NCBI GenBank assembly: GCA_963726195.1
Contig: CAVSBO010000003.1
Coordinates: 768,001-832,000, forward strand
From: Candidatus Thorarchaeota archaeon
GTDB lineage: Archaea > Asgardarchaeota > Thorarchaeia > Thorarchaeales > Thorarchaeaceae
Direction: 5' to 3'
DNA: 64,000 nt
A program made the translations under genes and the position numbers. Of this stretch, positions 21,636 to 31,669 are shown piece by piece. Under the pieces are notes generated by a model. The model had not been told where the DNA came from and did no database searches. It worked only from the letters and a program-made list of their open reading frames with translations. Position 1 is the stretch's first letter. Each line of letters begins with the position of its first letter.

Positions 21636-22187
21636 CTATGTTCGTTCGAGGTTCCTGATAAGAGCCTCGACCTTGTCCGCCAATTCCTCTGACGGATCAA
21701 CTGTGATTCCGGGATCGTGTGTCTCGATGACAACTTCCATTCCCGAATCAGTGACTTTCTTGAACCCCATCCTAGACGTCGCTCTTACCCTCAACTGAGT
21801 TGTATCGAACTCTGTCTTGTGAGTGGTGCCGACGGTCTGGGATTCCCTCGGGGTTTTCGGTCTCATCAGCCGGAGTTGTTCCTTGAGCTCCGCAACTTCA
21901 ACCTGTAGCTGGTTCTTCATTGTTATGGCATCGCTCAATCTGCCCTTCACTGCTTCGTGCTCCGAACGCTGAACATAATCGGCAGAACGGTCAACCCACA
22001 TTAGTGTGGTTCCATCGGATTTCCGCTTGGTCGTCACAAGGCCCAACGTCTTGAGAACCGCGACTATGTCGTACACTCTTCTCTTGGGGCTTTCAAGCAT
22101 GCCAGCCAACACGTCACTGCGAATACCCTGGGGTCCGGCCTCTTCGATGAGCTCAATGGATTTGTGGGCCAACTCGACGAGCTTCAA
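21636..22187 (-). CDS. E2F/DP-like winged-helix DNA-binding protein with coiled coil
   Basis: KRRVYDIVAVLKTLGLV...W matches the E2F/DP RRxYD recognition helix; followed by a heptad coiled coil and a beta-rich segment. Confidence 0.75.
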   Translation of the reverse strand: MKLVELAHKSIELIEEAGPQGIRSDVLAGMLESPKRRVYDIVAVLKTLGLVTTKRKSDGTTLMWVDRSADYVQRSEHEAVKGRLSDAITMKNQLQVEVAELKEQLRLMRPKTPRESQTVGTTHKTEFDTTQLRVRATSRMGFKKVTDSGMEVVIETHDPGITVDPSEELADKVEALIRNLERT

Positions 22188-22494
22188 AGTTTCACCCCAA
22201 GTTCAGTGGCGGCGGTTCTCTCCTCAGACCAGCTCTTCTTGTGATACAGCCCATGTTGTATTTAGGTGTTTCGCGACTGGCCCATATCAAAAACAAACGC
22301 ACGCTTTTTCGAGTGCTCTCACTTGAGGAGGAGTGTCGTTTGCGCAATCAGTGCCCAAGGTATTTGCACTCAATGCATCAAGAGGATAGTGCGCAGTCAC
22401 CAGCAGTCAGCGTGAGTTGGCGACACCGATACTTTATTACGTAGTCACAAGCGCTCCACGCGCGACAACTACTACATGAAGGGCGGCATATAGG

Positions 22495-23827
22495 ATGAGC
22501 AAGATCAAAGTCATAATCATGGGTGCAGCAGGCCGTGACTTTCATAATTTCAACGTTCACTTCAGAGACAATGAACAGTACGAGGTTGTGGCCTTCACCG
22601 CAGAACAAATCCCGGGAATCGAAGACAGAATCTATCCTCCAGAGCTGGCTGGGAAACTGTATCCAAAGGGCATCAAGATATACCCTGAGCAGAAACTTCC
22701 GGAGCTAATACAGAAGTTCGATGTGCAGCAATGCATCTTGGCATACTCTGACTTGCCATACGACACAGTCGGTCACAAGATAGCTCTGGTCAACTCATCT
22801 GGTCCGGACATGCGTCTCATGGGCCCAAAGACGACCATGCTCAAGAGCACGAAGCCAGTGATTGCAGTCTGCGCTGTGAGGACAGGTTGTGGAAAGAGCC
22901 AGACGTCAAGAAAAGTGAATTCAATCCTCGTGCAAATGGGACTGAAGCCCGTCAACGTGAGACACCCCATGCCGTATGACCCTGACCTTAGAACTCAGAT
23001 TGCTCAACGATATGCCCGTCTTGAGGACATGGACAAATACAACTGTACAATCGAAGAGCGCGAGGAGTATGAGCCCATGATCAACGCCGGTGTCATACTC
23101 TACGCTGGCGTCGACTACGGGAAAATCCTTGAGATGGCGCAGAAAGAAGACTGATGTGATAACTTGGGACGGAGGAAACAATGATTTTCCATTCTACAAG
23201 CCAGATCTTCATATCGTGATTACCGACCCACACAGGCCTGGCCACGAGGTCAGTTACTACCCTGGCGAGACTAATCTCAGAATGGCTGACGTTGTTATAA
23301 TAAACAAGATTGACACCGCCAACTACGATAATGTTGAGAAAGTCAGAGAGAATATCATAAAGACCAACCCGCGCGCGATCATCATAGATGCCGCTTCACC
23401 CTTGACCGTCGGCGATGTTTCAGTCATCCGTGGCAAGAGAGTAATAGCCATTGAAGATGGGCCCACAGTCACTCATGGTGGCATGCCTTACGGAGCGGCA
23501 TACATTGCTGTGCGCAAGCACGGAGGAACAATCGTTGACCCAAGACCGTTCGCGGTCGGAAGTATTCGGGATACGTTCCAGAAGTACACGCACTTGAGAG
23601 AAGTGCTACCAGCTATGGGGTACGGCAAGAAACAGATACAAGAACTCGAAGAGACCATAAACAAATCTGATGTAGACTCTATTGTGGTCGGGACCCCCAT
23701 AGACTTGACACGTATTCTGAAGATGAACAAACCAAGCACGAGAGTGAAGTACGATCTTCAGGAGATTGGCAAACCGGACTTGACTGACGTATTGGCGGAT
23801 TTCGTGAAGAAGCACAAACTCAAGTAG
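22495..23827 (+). CDS. Cyclic 2,3-diphosphoglycerate synthetase-like P-loop GTPase (COG2403-type; frameshift near 23150)
   Basis: GAAGRDFHNFN, AVRTGCGKSQ, RHPMPY, TIEEREEYE, WDGGNNDFPF, EDGPTVTHGGM and LPAMGY. Confidence 0.9.
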
Positions 23828-23836
23828 AGTTCATTT

Positions 23837-23869
23837 GCACATGTTGGAACAGTCCCTACCAACATGTGC
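23837..23869. terminator. 11-bp perfect stem-loop between convergent genes
   Basis: GCACATGTTGG-N11-CCAACATGTGC, 10 bp after the stop at 23827. Confidence 0.55.
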
Positions 23870-23999
23870 TAATCTCATTCCGGCGTGACATGATTCTGGT
23901 GCTCAAAGACTTGAACAGAGAATCGTGCATCCGAGCATTTTCACTTCTGCACAATCGTGGATCTTCGGCGCCGCACCGGAGTTGACGTCGAATCCTTCA

Positions 24000-24938
24000 C
24001 TACCATAGCTGCTGTTGGGACTCCGTGGCTGCTCTCGACATGAGGTCCTTGTACAGTACTGCTTGAAAGATGTAGTCGAGTGGATTGAGCAGTAGTCCAA
24101 TCGTCACGCTGTATATAATCGTAATGAACAAACTCGAGAAGATAGTGAGCCCTAAGAAAACAATGTTGATGACCAGACTGCCAATCATAACCACGATCAA
24201 GAGCAGCACTCTTCCACCGAAGATATGCCAGAACCTGTGACTCGTAATCGAGAATGACCTCTTGAGGGACTGCACTGCAGAGAGATCCGTGCCAATCACG
24301 ACAGCGATTAGCGGGGCAAATCTAACAACGACATATACCACTGCAGCCAAGCTAACAATCATAACGGCAAGCAGTGTAAGTGCGAGGTTCGCCACCCCCG
24401 GAGTGTAAACGCCCACGCTAAGAACATAGAACGACATGAAGACAAGGGGAGCCAATAGCATGGCACTTATCAGGCCGAACGCAATCTGCGCACCGATGAG
24501 TGTCGGAAGACGCCCAAATGCGAACGAAACGCTCTCACCTACACTTCCGCTTCCGCGTGAACCGTAATTGTCCATGGCAAGCTTGGTCATGGCGCCCCCA
24601 ACAACACCGTACACAACCATCTCTACAAGCATCAGGACGGCCATGACAAAGAAAAAGGAATCTATGCTCGTCGCAGACAGAAGACTAAGCGCAAAGGATG
24701 CGGGATCAGTTGCTACCGTACCGACATTCGATAATCCATCTGGACCGAGCAGCAAGTAGAAGACAAGAATCTCCATCACAGTCAACCCGATTGCTGCGAT
24801 GGCTGATATGGAGATATAGCCAGCAAGTCTTCTGGCCCAAAGGCCAAACGTTCTTGAGACAAGGCCGACAGCATCAACTTTGAAATCGGGTTGGGTCGGC
24901 TCTCCTGGTGCTGGGCCGGGACCTGTATTCTCCTCCAT
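24000..24938 (-). CDS. Hypothetical polytopic membrane protein (GDPD membrane-domain/DUF975-like)
   Basis: About 6 TM; ESVSFAF and AVQSLKRSFSIT..FWHIFG patterns; C-terminal AVLYKDL. Confidence 0.7.
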   Translation of the reverse strand: MEENTGPGPAPGEPTQPDFKVDAVGLVSRTFGLWARRLAGYISISAIAAIGLTVMEILVFYLLLGPDGLSNVGTVATDPASFALSLLSATSIDSFFFVMAVLMLVEMVVYGVVGGAMTKLAMDNYGSRGSGSVGESVSFAFGRLPTLIGAQIAFGLISAMLLAPLVFMSFYVLSVGVYTPGVANLALTLLAVMIVSLAAVVYVVVRFAPLIAVVIGTDLSAVQSLKRSFSITSHRFWHIFGGRVLLLIVVMIGSLVINIVFLGLTIFSSLFITIIYSVTIGLLLNPLDYIFQAVLYKDLMSRAATESQQQLW

Positions 24939-25014
24939 GGCAGTTCCGCTAGGTGACGGGAACCGATTTTCTTCTTATAACCACTCCGATAATGGAACTG
25001 CTTCAACCTTCATT

Positions 25015-26607
25015 TCAAGCAGGCTTCGGCCGAACATCTGCAATCTCCATGAACTTCAGCCCGCCTGCCTTCTCCATCAGTTCTTCGAACGCAATTATGG
25101 AGACGGTCGGAGTGATTTCTGTACTACTCTTTGTGATGCGCTGAATCTCCCGTATCAAGGATCTGTAGTCGCCGCCTACCGACGCACTCGGAGCTACGTA
25201 CAGGTTGAGCGTATCCATACTATATGGATCACTCATGTCCTCCTTTGCGACTTCGACCTGTACTTCCTCTACGTCCGGCAGGTTCAGAATGTCTGTTCGA
25301 AGTGCTGTGAGGTTTACAGTGGCACCCTTGATCTTCTTCTCCTCGAAACCCATGATAGCAATCTGCGCCTGTGCATCGTTTGTGCGACCAACGTCCCAGA
25401 AGAACGGTCCGTCCATACCACATACGGGGCACTTGGCGTTTTCATGCTTGGACGCGACGTCACCGAGCAGGAAACCTTCGAACACAGTACCTGTGCCATC
25501 CATGTGAAAGAGAGTGACATGACCAGACTCAGTCTCGTCAACGAATTCATACGAACCGTCATCATTTACCCTCAGAAACTCGAAGGACATCTCAAGAGGA
25601 CTCACGTTATGATAAGGCCCGTGATAGTCACACTGCACCGCGAATGAAATCTTGCTCTCTGATGATGCGTAACCTCCGATGACTCTGACCTCCTTCGCAC
25701 CTTTGTCTGTCAGAATCTGAACCATGTCGTCAACTACTGGAGGATAGATTTTCTCACCTGCCAGCAACAATACAACTTTCTCAGGAGCCTGAAAATCAGT
25801 CTCAGCCATTGCCTTGAAGAATCGGTTTCGTAGATAACTCGGCATGCCAGCGAACCCGTTAGCCTTGAAGACCTTAGCCAACTCAACTAGCTTATCGCTT
25901 GGGATTGCACCGCCTGCACTTGTGGCTACATAGAACTTGGACATTTGTCTCAATCCAAGATTGACAGCCCACCATCCCAAATGAGGGGCGTAAGGAAACA
26001 GGTTCATGCTGACTAGTTCCCAGCCGCTTTTCACCCAAGGATCGACAGCCATCTGTCCCACCTTGACACAGTTGCTGTTCAGCAAATCATAGTCGTATCG
26101 TGTGAGAAAGACTGGTGATGGGAGGCCCGATGCCCTGCCAGAACTTAGCCAGAACTGCAGCGGAGAGTACAGGTAGGTTATCCGTTCCTTCAGTTCCTCC
26201 ATGGCCTTCTTAGCACCAGAGTGAAGCTTCACATGGATACCCCTTCCACGGATGTACTTGTAGTCCTCATCAAAGCCTGCGTTCTTCGTATAGGACATTA
26301 GATTTCTGATAATCTCTGCAGGCGGACGTGGAGCACCATCAACTTCGGAAGGGTTTAGCACGAAAGACTTCAGGTTGTCTTTGTAGTCAAGCTTCTTGAC
26401 AAGAGGAAGCTGGTACTTACCCCAGTCTTCAACGCACGTTATGTTGAAGGGGTCCACATTGAGGCGCTTGAACATCTGACGGTAGTAGGGGTGATTGGGC
26501 CAGACCTGGTACCTGATGAACGCCTTGAACTTGCGGTCTTGAAGTTCCTTTATCTCGCGGTGGTTAGTTCTCTTCAGTTCTTCGAAAGTATAGGTAGTGC
26601 GGGTCAT
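25015..26607 (-). CDS. Phenylacetate-CoA ligase (PaaK)-like adenylate-forming enzyme, divergent
   Basis: PYYRQMF, LPLVKK, SSGRASG P-loop-like motif, GMPSY, LAGE, GYASSE, LGD, CPVCG, GR...KIKGATV. Confidence 0.75.
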   Translation of the reverse strand: MTRTTYTFEELKRTNHREIKELQDRKFKAFIRYQVWPNHPYYRQMFKRLNVDPFNITCVEDWGKYQLPLVKKLDYKDNLKSFVLNPSEVDGAPRPPAEIIRNLMSYTKNAGFDEDYKYIRGRGIHVKLHSGAKKAMEELKERITYLYSPLQFWLSSGRASGLPSPVFLTRYDYDLLNSNCVKVGQMAVDPWVKSGWELVSMNLFPYAPHLGWWAVNLGLRQMSKFYVATSAGGAIPSDKLVELAKVFKANGFAGMPSYLRNRFFKAMAETDFQAPEKVVLLLAGEKIYPPVVDDMVQILTDKGAKEVRVIGGYASSESKISFAVQCDYHGPYHNVSPLEMSFEFLRVNDDGSYEFVDETESGHVTLFHMDGTGTVFEGFLLGDVASKHENAKCPVCGMDGPFFWDVGRTNDAQAQIAIMGFEEKKIKGATVNLTALRTDILNLPDVEEVQVEVAKEDMSDPYSMDTLNLYVAPSASVGGDYRSLIREIQRITKSSTEITPTVSIIAFEELMEKAGGLKFMEIADVRPKPA

Positions 26608-26827
26608 TCGACAGCCTCCAAACGTGTTCTGGTACGTCGACTCTTCTCAAAGCCGGTTTCGACGATTACGATGGTAGCCTACAAGCCCGAGTTTTCCGGG
26701 TCATAAATGTTCCGAGCCACAAAACGGCCTACGCGATTCCTCTGAGGTCAAGCAGGTCGTAATAGCAACCATTAATAGCACAGGACGGTTTTAGCCTCGG
26801 GAAATCAGACGATAGGAGTATGCCGCG

Positions 26828-27256
26828 TTGTCCGAGACCGACGAGAAGTTGCAGAGGGGTATCATAGAGCTCGATCATGGGAATGATAAGAAGGCATTCG
26901 ATTACTTCAAGGAGGTGTTCGAAGGTCGTCAGGACAGACTGATAAAAAAGGTGCAGGAGAACCCGAAGTCACCAACGCTGATGCTCGATGCATTGTACAT
27001 GATTCATGCGCTCGTGTGGCTCAGGGTAGCCGAAGCGGGGATGAAGAAGGAGAATGGAACCGAACTGCTCGGAAAAGCGGTTGGAACCGTTGAAGCAGCA
27101 AGAACTGCACTGGGCCCACTCGTGACCGGCCTCGCCCAATGGGCAAAGGAGAAGAATATCAAGATAGTACAGAACAAGGCGCTTGGTCTTCTAGCCGCAA
27201 CCAAGGATTTGGAAGACATGGCCAAGAAGGCGCTTGAGGCTCACAAGTCGAAGTAG
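26828..27256 (+). CDS. Hypothetical helical protein (TPR-like N-terminus)
   Basis: AGGAG RBS, TTG start; GIIELDHGNDKKAFDYFKEV. Confidence 0.6.
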   Translation: MSETDEKLQRGIIELDHGNDKKAFDYFKEVFEGRQDRLIKKVQENPKSPTLMLDALYMIHALVWLRVAEAGMKKENGTELLGKAVGTVEAARTALGPLVTGLAQWAKEKNIKIVQNKALGLLAATKDLEDMAKKALEAHKSK

Positions 27257-27282
27257 GCCTTGGGCCACATTACCAGGACATC

Positions 27283-27630
27283 CTACTTCTTCTGGCGCCC
27301 TTCCATGTACTCAGACCACGCCTTCGCCGGGAATCTTTCTTTCATGATCTTCAGTTCTGAGAAGATGCTTTTCTCCAGGTCAATTTCGTAGTGGTTTGCC
27401 AGCTGGAACAGAAGCGAAATGACTTGAGCAAACTCTCGAGACAGTTCTTCTCTCTTGGGGGCTTGGTGACCGAGACCCACGACCTTGTATCCCTCCTCCA
27501 CGGTTATGTGTCGGGCGACCTCTCCGAGCTCTTCAATCAAGTGTGCGAAAACCTGTGATGCTGGAAACTTGTCCCAGCCACGTTCTTGCTCAAATTTGGC
27601 AAGCATTTCTTGAATCTTCGAAAGATCCAC
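27283..27630 (-). CDS. MazG-like nucleotide pyrophosphohydrolase
   Basis: HLIEELGEVA...EFAQV...LANHYEIDLE. Confidence 0.85.
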   Translation of the reverse strand: MDLSKIQEMLAKFEQERGWDKFPASQVFAHLIEELGEVARHITVEEGYKVVGLGHQAPKREELSREFAQVISLLFQLANHYEIDLEKSIFSELKIMKERFPAKAWSEYMEGRQKK

Positions 27631-28329
27631 TTAGACCATCCTCTTCAGTATGTTCATTACGTGAGCCCTTGCTTGATCGAGGGCCGATGGAGAGACCGCT
27701 AGCATTGGGCCCAGCTTCGCTGTTTCCGGTAGTGCTTCTTCCCCAAGGAACATCGCCTCACTGACTGCGCCCATCATTTCCGCCGGGGGAAGAACAGCAC
27801 ACGCTAGCTTCGTTCCTGACTTCAGGCCCTTGATGTTTGTGATGATATGCCACACTCGTGACCCGTCAGAACATCTGCACTCTGTGAGATTCTTCGAGGT
27901 TTCCAATGGATGTGCTTCACTTATCTGAACCGCCAAGATGTCTGTGGCGAATGCCGCATCATCTCCATATTCTCGGAGCCTCCGTTGAAAACCCTGCACA
28001 ACTCGCAATGCATAGCTCAGTTCAGACACGGCTTCTACTTCCTTCACAGTCTTCGGTTTGTACGAACTCGACTTGACCGCAGAATCATAAACCTGGCCAA
28101 CCTCGTTAATTGCTGCAACTAGCTTTGTCGTAGCGTCAAGGTCTGCAAGTGCCTTGGGTTCCACGTAGGAGTATTTCAGTTCGTAGAGGAGGGTGCCAGC
28201 GGTCCTTAGGGATTCTGTGAGTTTGCTGTAGTCTAGATGGACTCTAACCCTTCGGTTAGTGGTAATCTCATTCAGACGCTTGAGTGCGTCCTCGAGAACA
28301 AGAACTCGGGCATCCTTTGACGTGTCCAT
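27631..28329 (-). CDS. Archaeal tRNA-binding protein (C-terminal EMAP/Trbp OB-fold)
   Basis: MDTSKD.R; HP...NL..C, IITN, LPPAEMMGAVSEAMFLG. Confidence 0.85.
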   Translation of the reverse strand: MDTSKDARVLVLEDALKRLNEITTNRRVRVHLDYSKLTESLRTAGTLLYELKYSYVEPKALADLDATTKLVAAINEVGQVYDSAVKSSSYKPKTVKEVEAVSELSYALRVVQGFQRRLREYGDDAAFATDILAVQISEAHPLETSKNLTECRCSDGSRVWHIITNIKGLKSGTKLACAVLPPAEMMGAVSEAMFLGEEALPETAKLGPMLAVSPSALDQARAHVMNILKRMV

Positions 28330-28496
28330 GCATCTTCACCGAGCGGTGTCAGCTTGTGTCGCCCCATTTAAAGGCTGACCAATTCGGAGGGCACTGTGAC
28401 AGAAAGAGGTTCAGAAGCGACTGAGTTGAACACGAGAAGTCATATAAAGCAAGAAGGAGTAGCGGCTTTTTAGAGCCAAATACGGGGAATATTGCT

Positions 28497-29135
28497 GTGC
28501 TCCAAGCCGTGTACATACTCATTGCGGACTCGGGACTTTGCGTGTTAGACAGGAAGTATGGTACCGCTGATATGGACCCGAACCTAATTAGCGGCTTCTT
28601 GACAGCTCTCATTCAGTTTGGGCGAGAGCTGAGCGACGGCAACAGAGTGCATGTCATAGACTTTGGAGCATTCGACATATGTCTATCATTGCGGGACAAC
28701 GTAATAGTCGCTGCCTCAGTGGATAAGACTGACGACAGCAACGCAGCAATGGCCGTGCTGTCTGATGTCAATCACGAGTTCGTCGAAACGTACAGTGATG
28801 TCTTGGCCAAGTGGGACGGCAACCTGGAACCTTTTGAGAAGTTCACCAAGAAGCTTGACGAAATAACTAAGGATGGTCGCGCCTCGGAGAAGAGAATCAT
28901 AGTGCCGGTGCTGAAGGGGAAGGTATCGCCTATGCTAGTAAGACTTGGACAATTGAGCCAAGAGTCCTTTCAGGTCGGGCAAATGTGCAAGGGAAAGCTC
29001 ACGACAAAGGCTATTGCTGACCAACTGGGCATGCCATTGAAACAGGTCCAGAAAGCGTTACAGACACTTGAGGACATGAAGATGCTCGTCTGGAAGCAGA
29101 TCGGAGAGTCAGCTTCCTATCCCGGCACGACATGA
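28497..29135 (+). CDS. Longin-domain protein with C-terminal winged HTH
   Basis: VYIL..SGLCV...Y...DPNLISGFLTALIQFGREL (Asgard-type longin); TTKAIADQLGMPLKQVQKALQTLE HTH. Confidence 0.8.
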   Translation: MLQAVYILIADSGLCVLDRKYGTADMDPNLISGFLTALIQFGRELSDGNRVHVIDFGAFDICLSLRDNVIVAASVDKTDDSNAAMAVLSDVNHEFVETYSDVLAKWDGNLEPFEKFTKKLDEITKDGRASEKRIIVPVLKGKVSPMLVRLGQLSQESFQVGQMCKGKLTTKAIADQLGMPLKQVQKALQTLEDMKMLVWKQIGESASYPGTT

Positions 29136-29204
29136 CCCGCCTGCTTGAAGAGCAACCCTATGTTGCCTGCGCTAGACGCCAACTGGTGAGCGTTCACCAA
29201 AAGG

Positions 29205-29921
29205 CTACTGAGTCTGCCCCCACTCATTCGCCACTGCGATTAGTATCAGGCTAATCACGATAAGGCCGGGAGCGAGAATCCCTGGAATCGTGTAGGACCC
29301 GAACACTGCACTAGCCAGAAAATGCCTTCCAGCAGAAACCACTTGCCCGGCAAACATTATCATGAAACCAAGGCCAAGCAACGCATTGGAGCGTCGGAGG
29401 ACGCCGCCTGATTGGTACGCCAGGTACCAGAACAACAGGGGAATGAAGAGAGCGTAGAGGATTCCCGCCCCACCTGAAAATATCATCCTAATGGTCGGGT
29501 CCATTGGTACAAAGGCCAGCACCAATGCAATCAAGAAGGCAGGTATGGCGAAAAGAATCTCTGCCAGCCTATTCCCGAAGATCATGAATGCAGCTGTCGC
29601 GGACAATACTGCAAGCCCAGACCATTGAAAGAATGCACCCGCGCTCAGCAACCAGCCCCCATTTGTAATCAAGGGCGAAATACCCAAGCCCGGCAGGCCG
29701 CCGTAAAGGGATGTAAGATCTGCATAGAAATCGGCTATGAAGTAGAAGACTCGTCCCACTGCTAGGAGAAGGAAGAACAATGACATGGCCAACTGGAAAG
29801 GATTTCGCGTCTTGCGATAGCGGAAGAAGAGGATGAACAGAAACAAGAAGAAATAGAGGCCTACACATAAGAACCAAAGGCCCACGTGAATTTCCCGGAC
29901 AACCATGTCTATTGTCTGCAA
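29205..29921 (-). CDS. Seven-transmembrane hypothetical protein
   Basis: Seven countable hydrophobic segments; no soluble domain. Confidence 0.75.
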   Translation of the reverse strand: MQTIDMVVREIHVGLWFLCVGLYFFLFLFILFFRYRKTRNPFQLAMSLFFLLLAVGRVFYFIADFYADLTSLYGGLPGLGISPLITNGGWLLSAGAFFQWSGLAVLSATAAFMIFGNRLAEILFAIPAFLIALVLAFVPMDPTIRMIFSGGAGILYALFIPLLFWYLAYQSGGVLRRSNALLGLGFMIMFAGQVVSAGRHFLASAVFGSYTIPGILAPGLIVISLILIAVANEWGQTQ

Positions 29922-30028
29922 GCCTTGTCTCTCTCCACAGATAGTTCAATCAGGGGCTGTTCATAGGCAACCTGCAGATAAATGTATTCTGAGCCGCTGA
30001 GTTCGCGATAGGTCTTCATAATCTCTAT

Positions 30029-30472
30029 ATGAGAACAGAAGGAAACATAATCGATGCTGTGATGAGTAGTGCGGGCGTGTGGAGACTGAAATCAGAGGAC
30101 GGGACTGTGAAGACATTCGTCGATATCCGTCGGAAAGTTGGGAACAAAATCGTGAGAGCCTACTTGCTCAAGCCCCTGCTTCAAGAGAGCAGGGTGCAGC
30201 TGATAAAGGCCACACTCAAAGGACCTAAGGACGAGTTCAAGGATTTTGCTGATTTCTTGGTCCTTAGAGCACATGGCGAACATGGAGACTTCGAGATGCT
30301 TGTGGAGGCAGGGGTTTACGATAACCTGCGAATTGTGGGAGCAGACAAGGAAGACATGAACCAACGCCCAGCTGATGAACTCATCGACATGTTCACGAGC
30401 GCTCTGAAGGATTCAGCCTCCTACGGTGCAATTATCCTTCTGAGTGTCGATTCTAGAGTTCGTTCGGGATAG
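30029..30472 (+). CDS. Hypothetical protein
   Basis: 147-aa ORF with ATG start and protein-like composition. Confidence 0.6.
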   Translation: MRTEGNIIDAVMSSAGVWRLKSEDGTVKTFVDIRRKVGNKIVRAYLLKPLLQESRVQLIKATLKGPKDEFKDFADFLVLRAHGEHGDFEMLVEAGVYDNLRIVGADKEDMNQRPADELIDMFTSALKDSASYGAIILLSVDSRVRSG

Positions 30473-30526
30473 GTTTAATAGAGTTGCGTCGTCTTCGTAG
30501 CTATTTGGCGTCTGGTGGCTTGTTCT

Positions 30527-30718
30527 ATGCTACAGAGGTATGCGAAATGTCCTGTCTGCAAGAAGAAGACCATCCTCAATGTATCACCAAACGACCTCAG
30601 GGGCGTGAAGCGCTACCCATTTAGCGTGAAGGTTAGGCACGAAAGCCACTACTTCTATATCAACCTGGACAGTCAAGGACGAATAACCGACATACTTCCT
30701 CCCGACCTAGTGGAATGA
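30527..30718 (+). CDS. Small putative Zn-binding protein (CPxC...HxxH)
   Basis: CPVCKK...YPF...HESH...NLDSQG; TTTAATA TATA-like box upstream. Confidence 0.65.
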   Translation: MLQRYAKCPVCKKKTILNVSPNDLRGVKRYPFSVKVRHESHYFYINLDSQGRITDILPPDLVE

Positions 30719-30719
30719 G

Positions 30720-31583
30720 TTAGCCGATGTATCTGTCACTGCCCTTGAAGTCCGGGCTCTCACCGCCTTGGAAATAGGGTCCCTTCTGCGCTATCTCATT
30801 ACGAGCCCATTCGATGAACTGCACGACCTGAGATACATTATCTTCAATTACTGCGAAGTCTAGAGTGAGCCCGGCGATATCGGCCATGATCTCCAAGACA
30901 CGTTTTGCAGCTCGGTAGTCGAACTTGATAATCCCAAGAGTCTCACCGAGCAGGCACGCGCCCTCCATGTCATACATCGTCGCCGCCCACACGGGTATGA
31001 ATCCGTTCGCTCCATTGATGAGTCCCTCCTTTGTCGTGACGGCTCCTTCGTGCCCAGAGACACGCTCAAGAAGCTCGTCTGAACTCGCGGAAACGTAAAC
31101 ACGGGAAGGAGCCGGATATGAACCGAAGAACTCCTCATACCCCTGCTCATAGGCCGCCAGCGCGTACATCTCTCTGACATTCAGATTAACCATCTCTTTG
31201 ACAAAGAAGTCTGCATACTCAAATACGCCAGCAGTGGAGGTCGGCTGAAAGTCCGCACTGAGAACGAAGATGTCATGGGGCTCATCAGGTGCCGCATGAT
31301 ACAAATGAATGGACGACTTTGGGAAATGCGTAATCCCATCTTTGACGAATACACGTGGAGGAAAGTCGCTACTGTAGAAGTCCATGATGTGTTCAGCATC
31401 AAGAAGTCTGATGAGGGTCTCAACCGCGATTCGGCCCACGTTCGCAATTCCGGGCAGTCCAATGACTGCCATCGGCTTCTTGAGAGAAGCTGAATCTACG
31501 TCAACGAATCTCCGTACATTCATGGCAAGCAGCTCAATTGACATCTTTCCAAGAGCTTTTTTGAGTATTGGTTTTGCAGACAT
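30720..31583 (-). CDS. PAC2-family proteasome assembly chaperone
   Basis: GLPGIANVGRIA, YSSDFPP.V, DFQP, GLINGANG, CLLGET, DYRAAKRVL. Confidence 0.9.
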   Translation of the reverse strand: MSAKPILKKALGKMSIELLAMNVRRFVDVDSASLKKPMAVIGLPGIANVGRIAVETLIRLLDAEHIMDFYSSDFPPRVFVKDGITHFPKSSIHLYHAAPDEPHDIFVLSADFQPTSTAGVFEYADFFVKEMVNLNVREMYALAAYEQGYEEFFGSYPAPSRVYVSASSDELLERVSGHEGAVTTKEGLINGANGFIPVWAATMYDMEGACLLGETLGIIKFDYRAAKRVLEIMADIAGLTLDFAVIEDNVSQVVQFIEWARNEIAQKGPYFQGGESPDFKGSDRYIG

Positions 31584-31669
31584 GAGTCCCCAGAAACAGT
31601 TCCCATTCTAGGCCCCCTCAATGAGCGGCTCGGAATGAGAATGGGGAAAGGAAGAGACGGACGTATCTC

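Noticed and set aside
23140-23160. Selenocysteine or stop read-through at TGA-ended fragments (also 5638, 7952, 58196)
   Set aside because: Downstream homology continues in a different frame, so these are indels rather than in-frame UGA recoding; no convincing SECIS seen
24880-25647. Long antisense ORFs (also 8385-8873, 13479-14072, 38369-39103) and the alternate-frame ORF 9179-9799
   Set aside because: They shadow well-supported genes and have no motifs or typical composition
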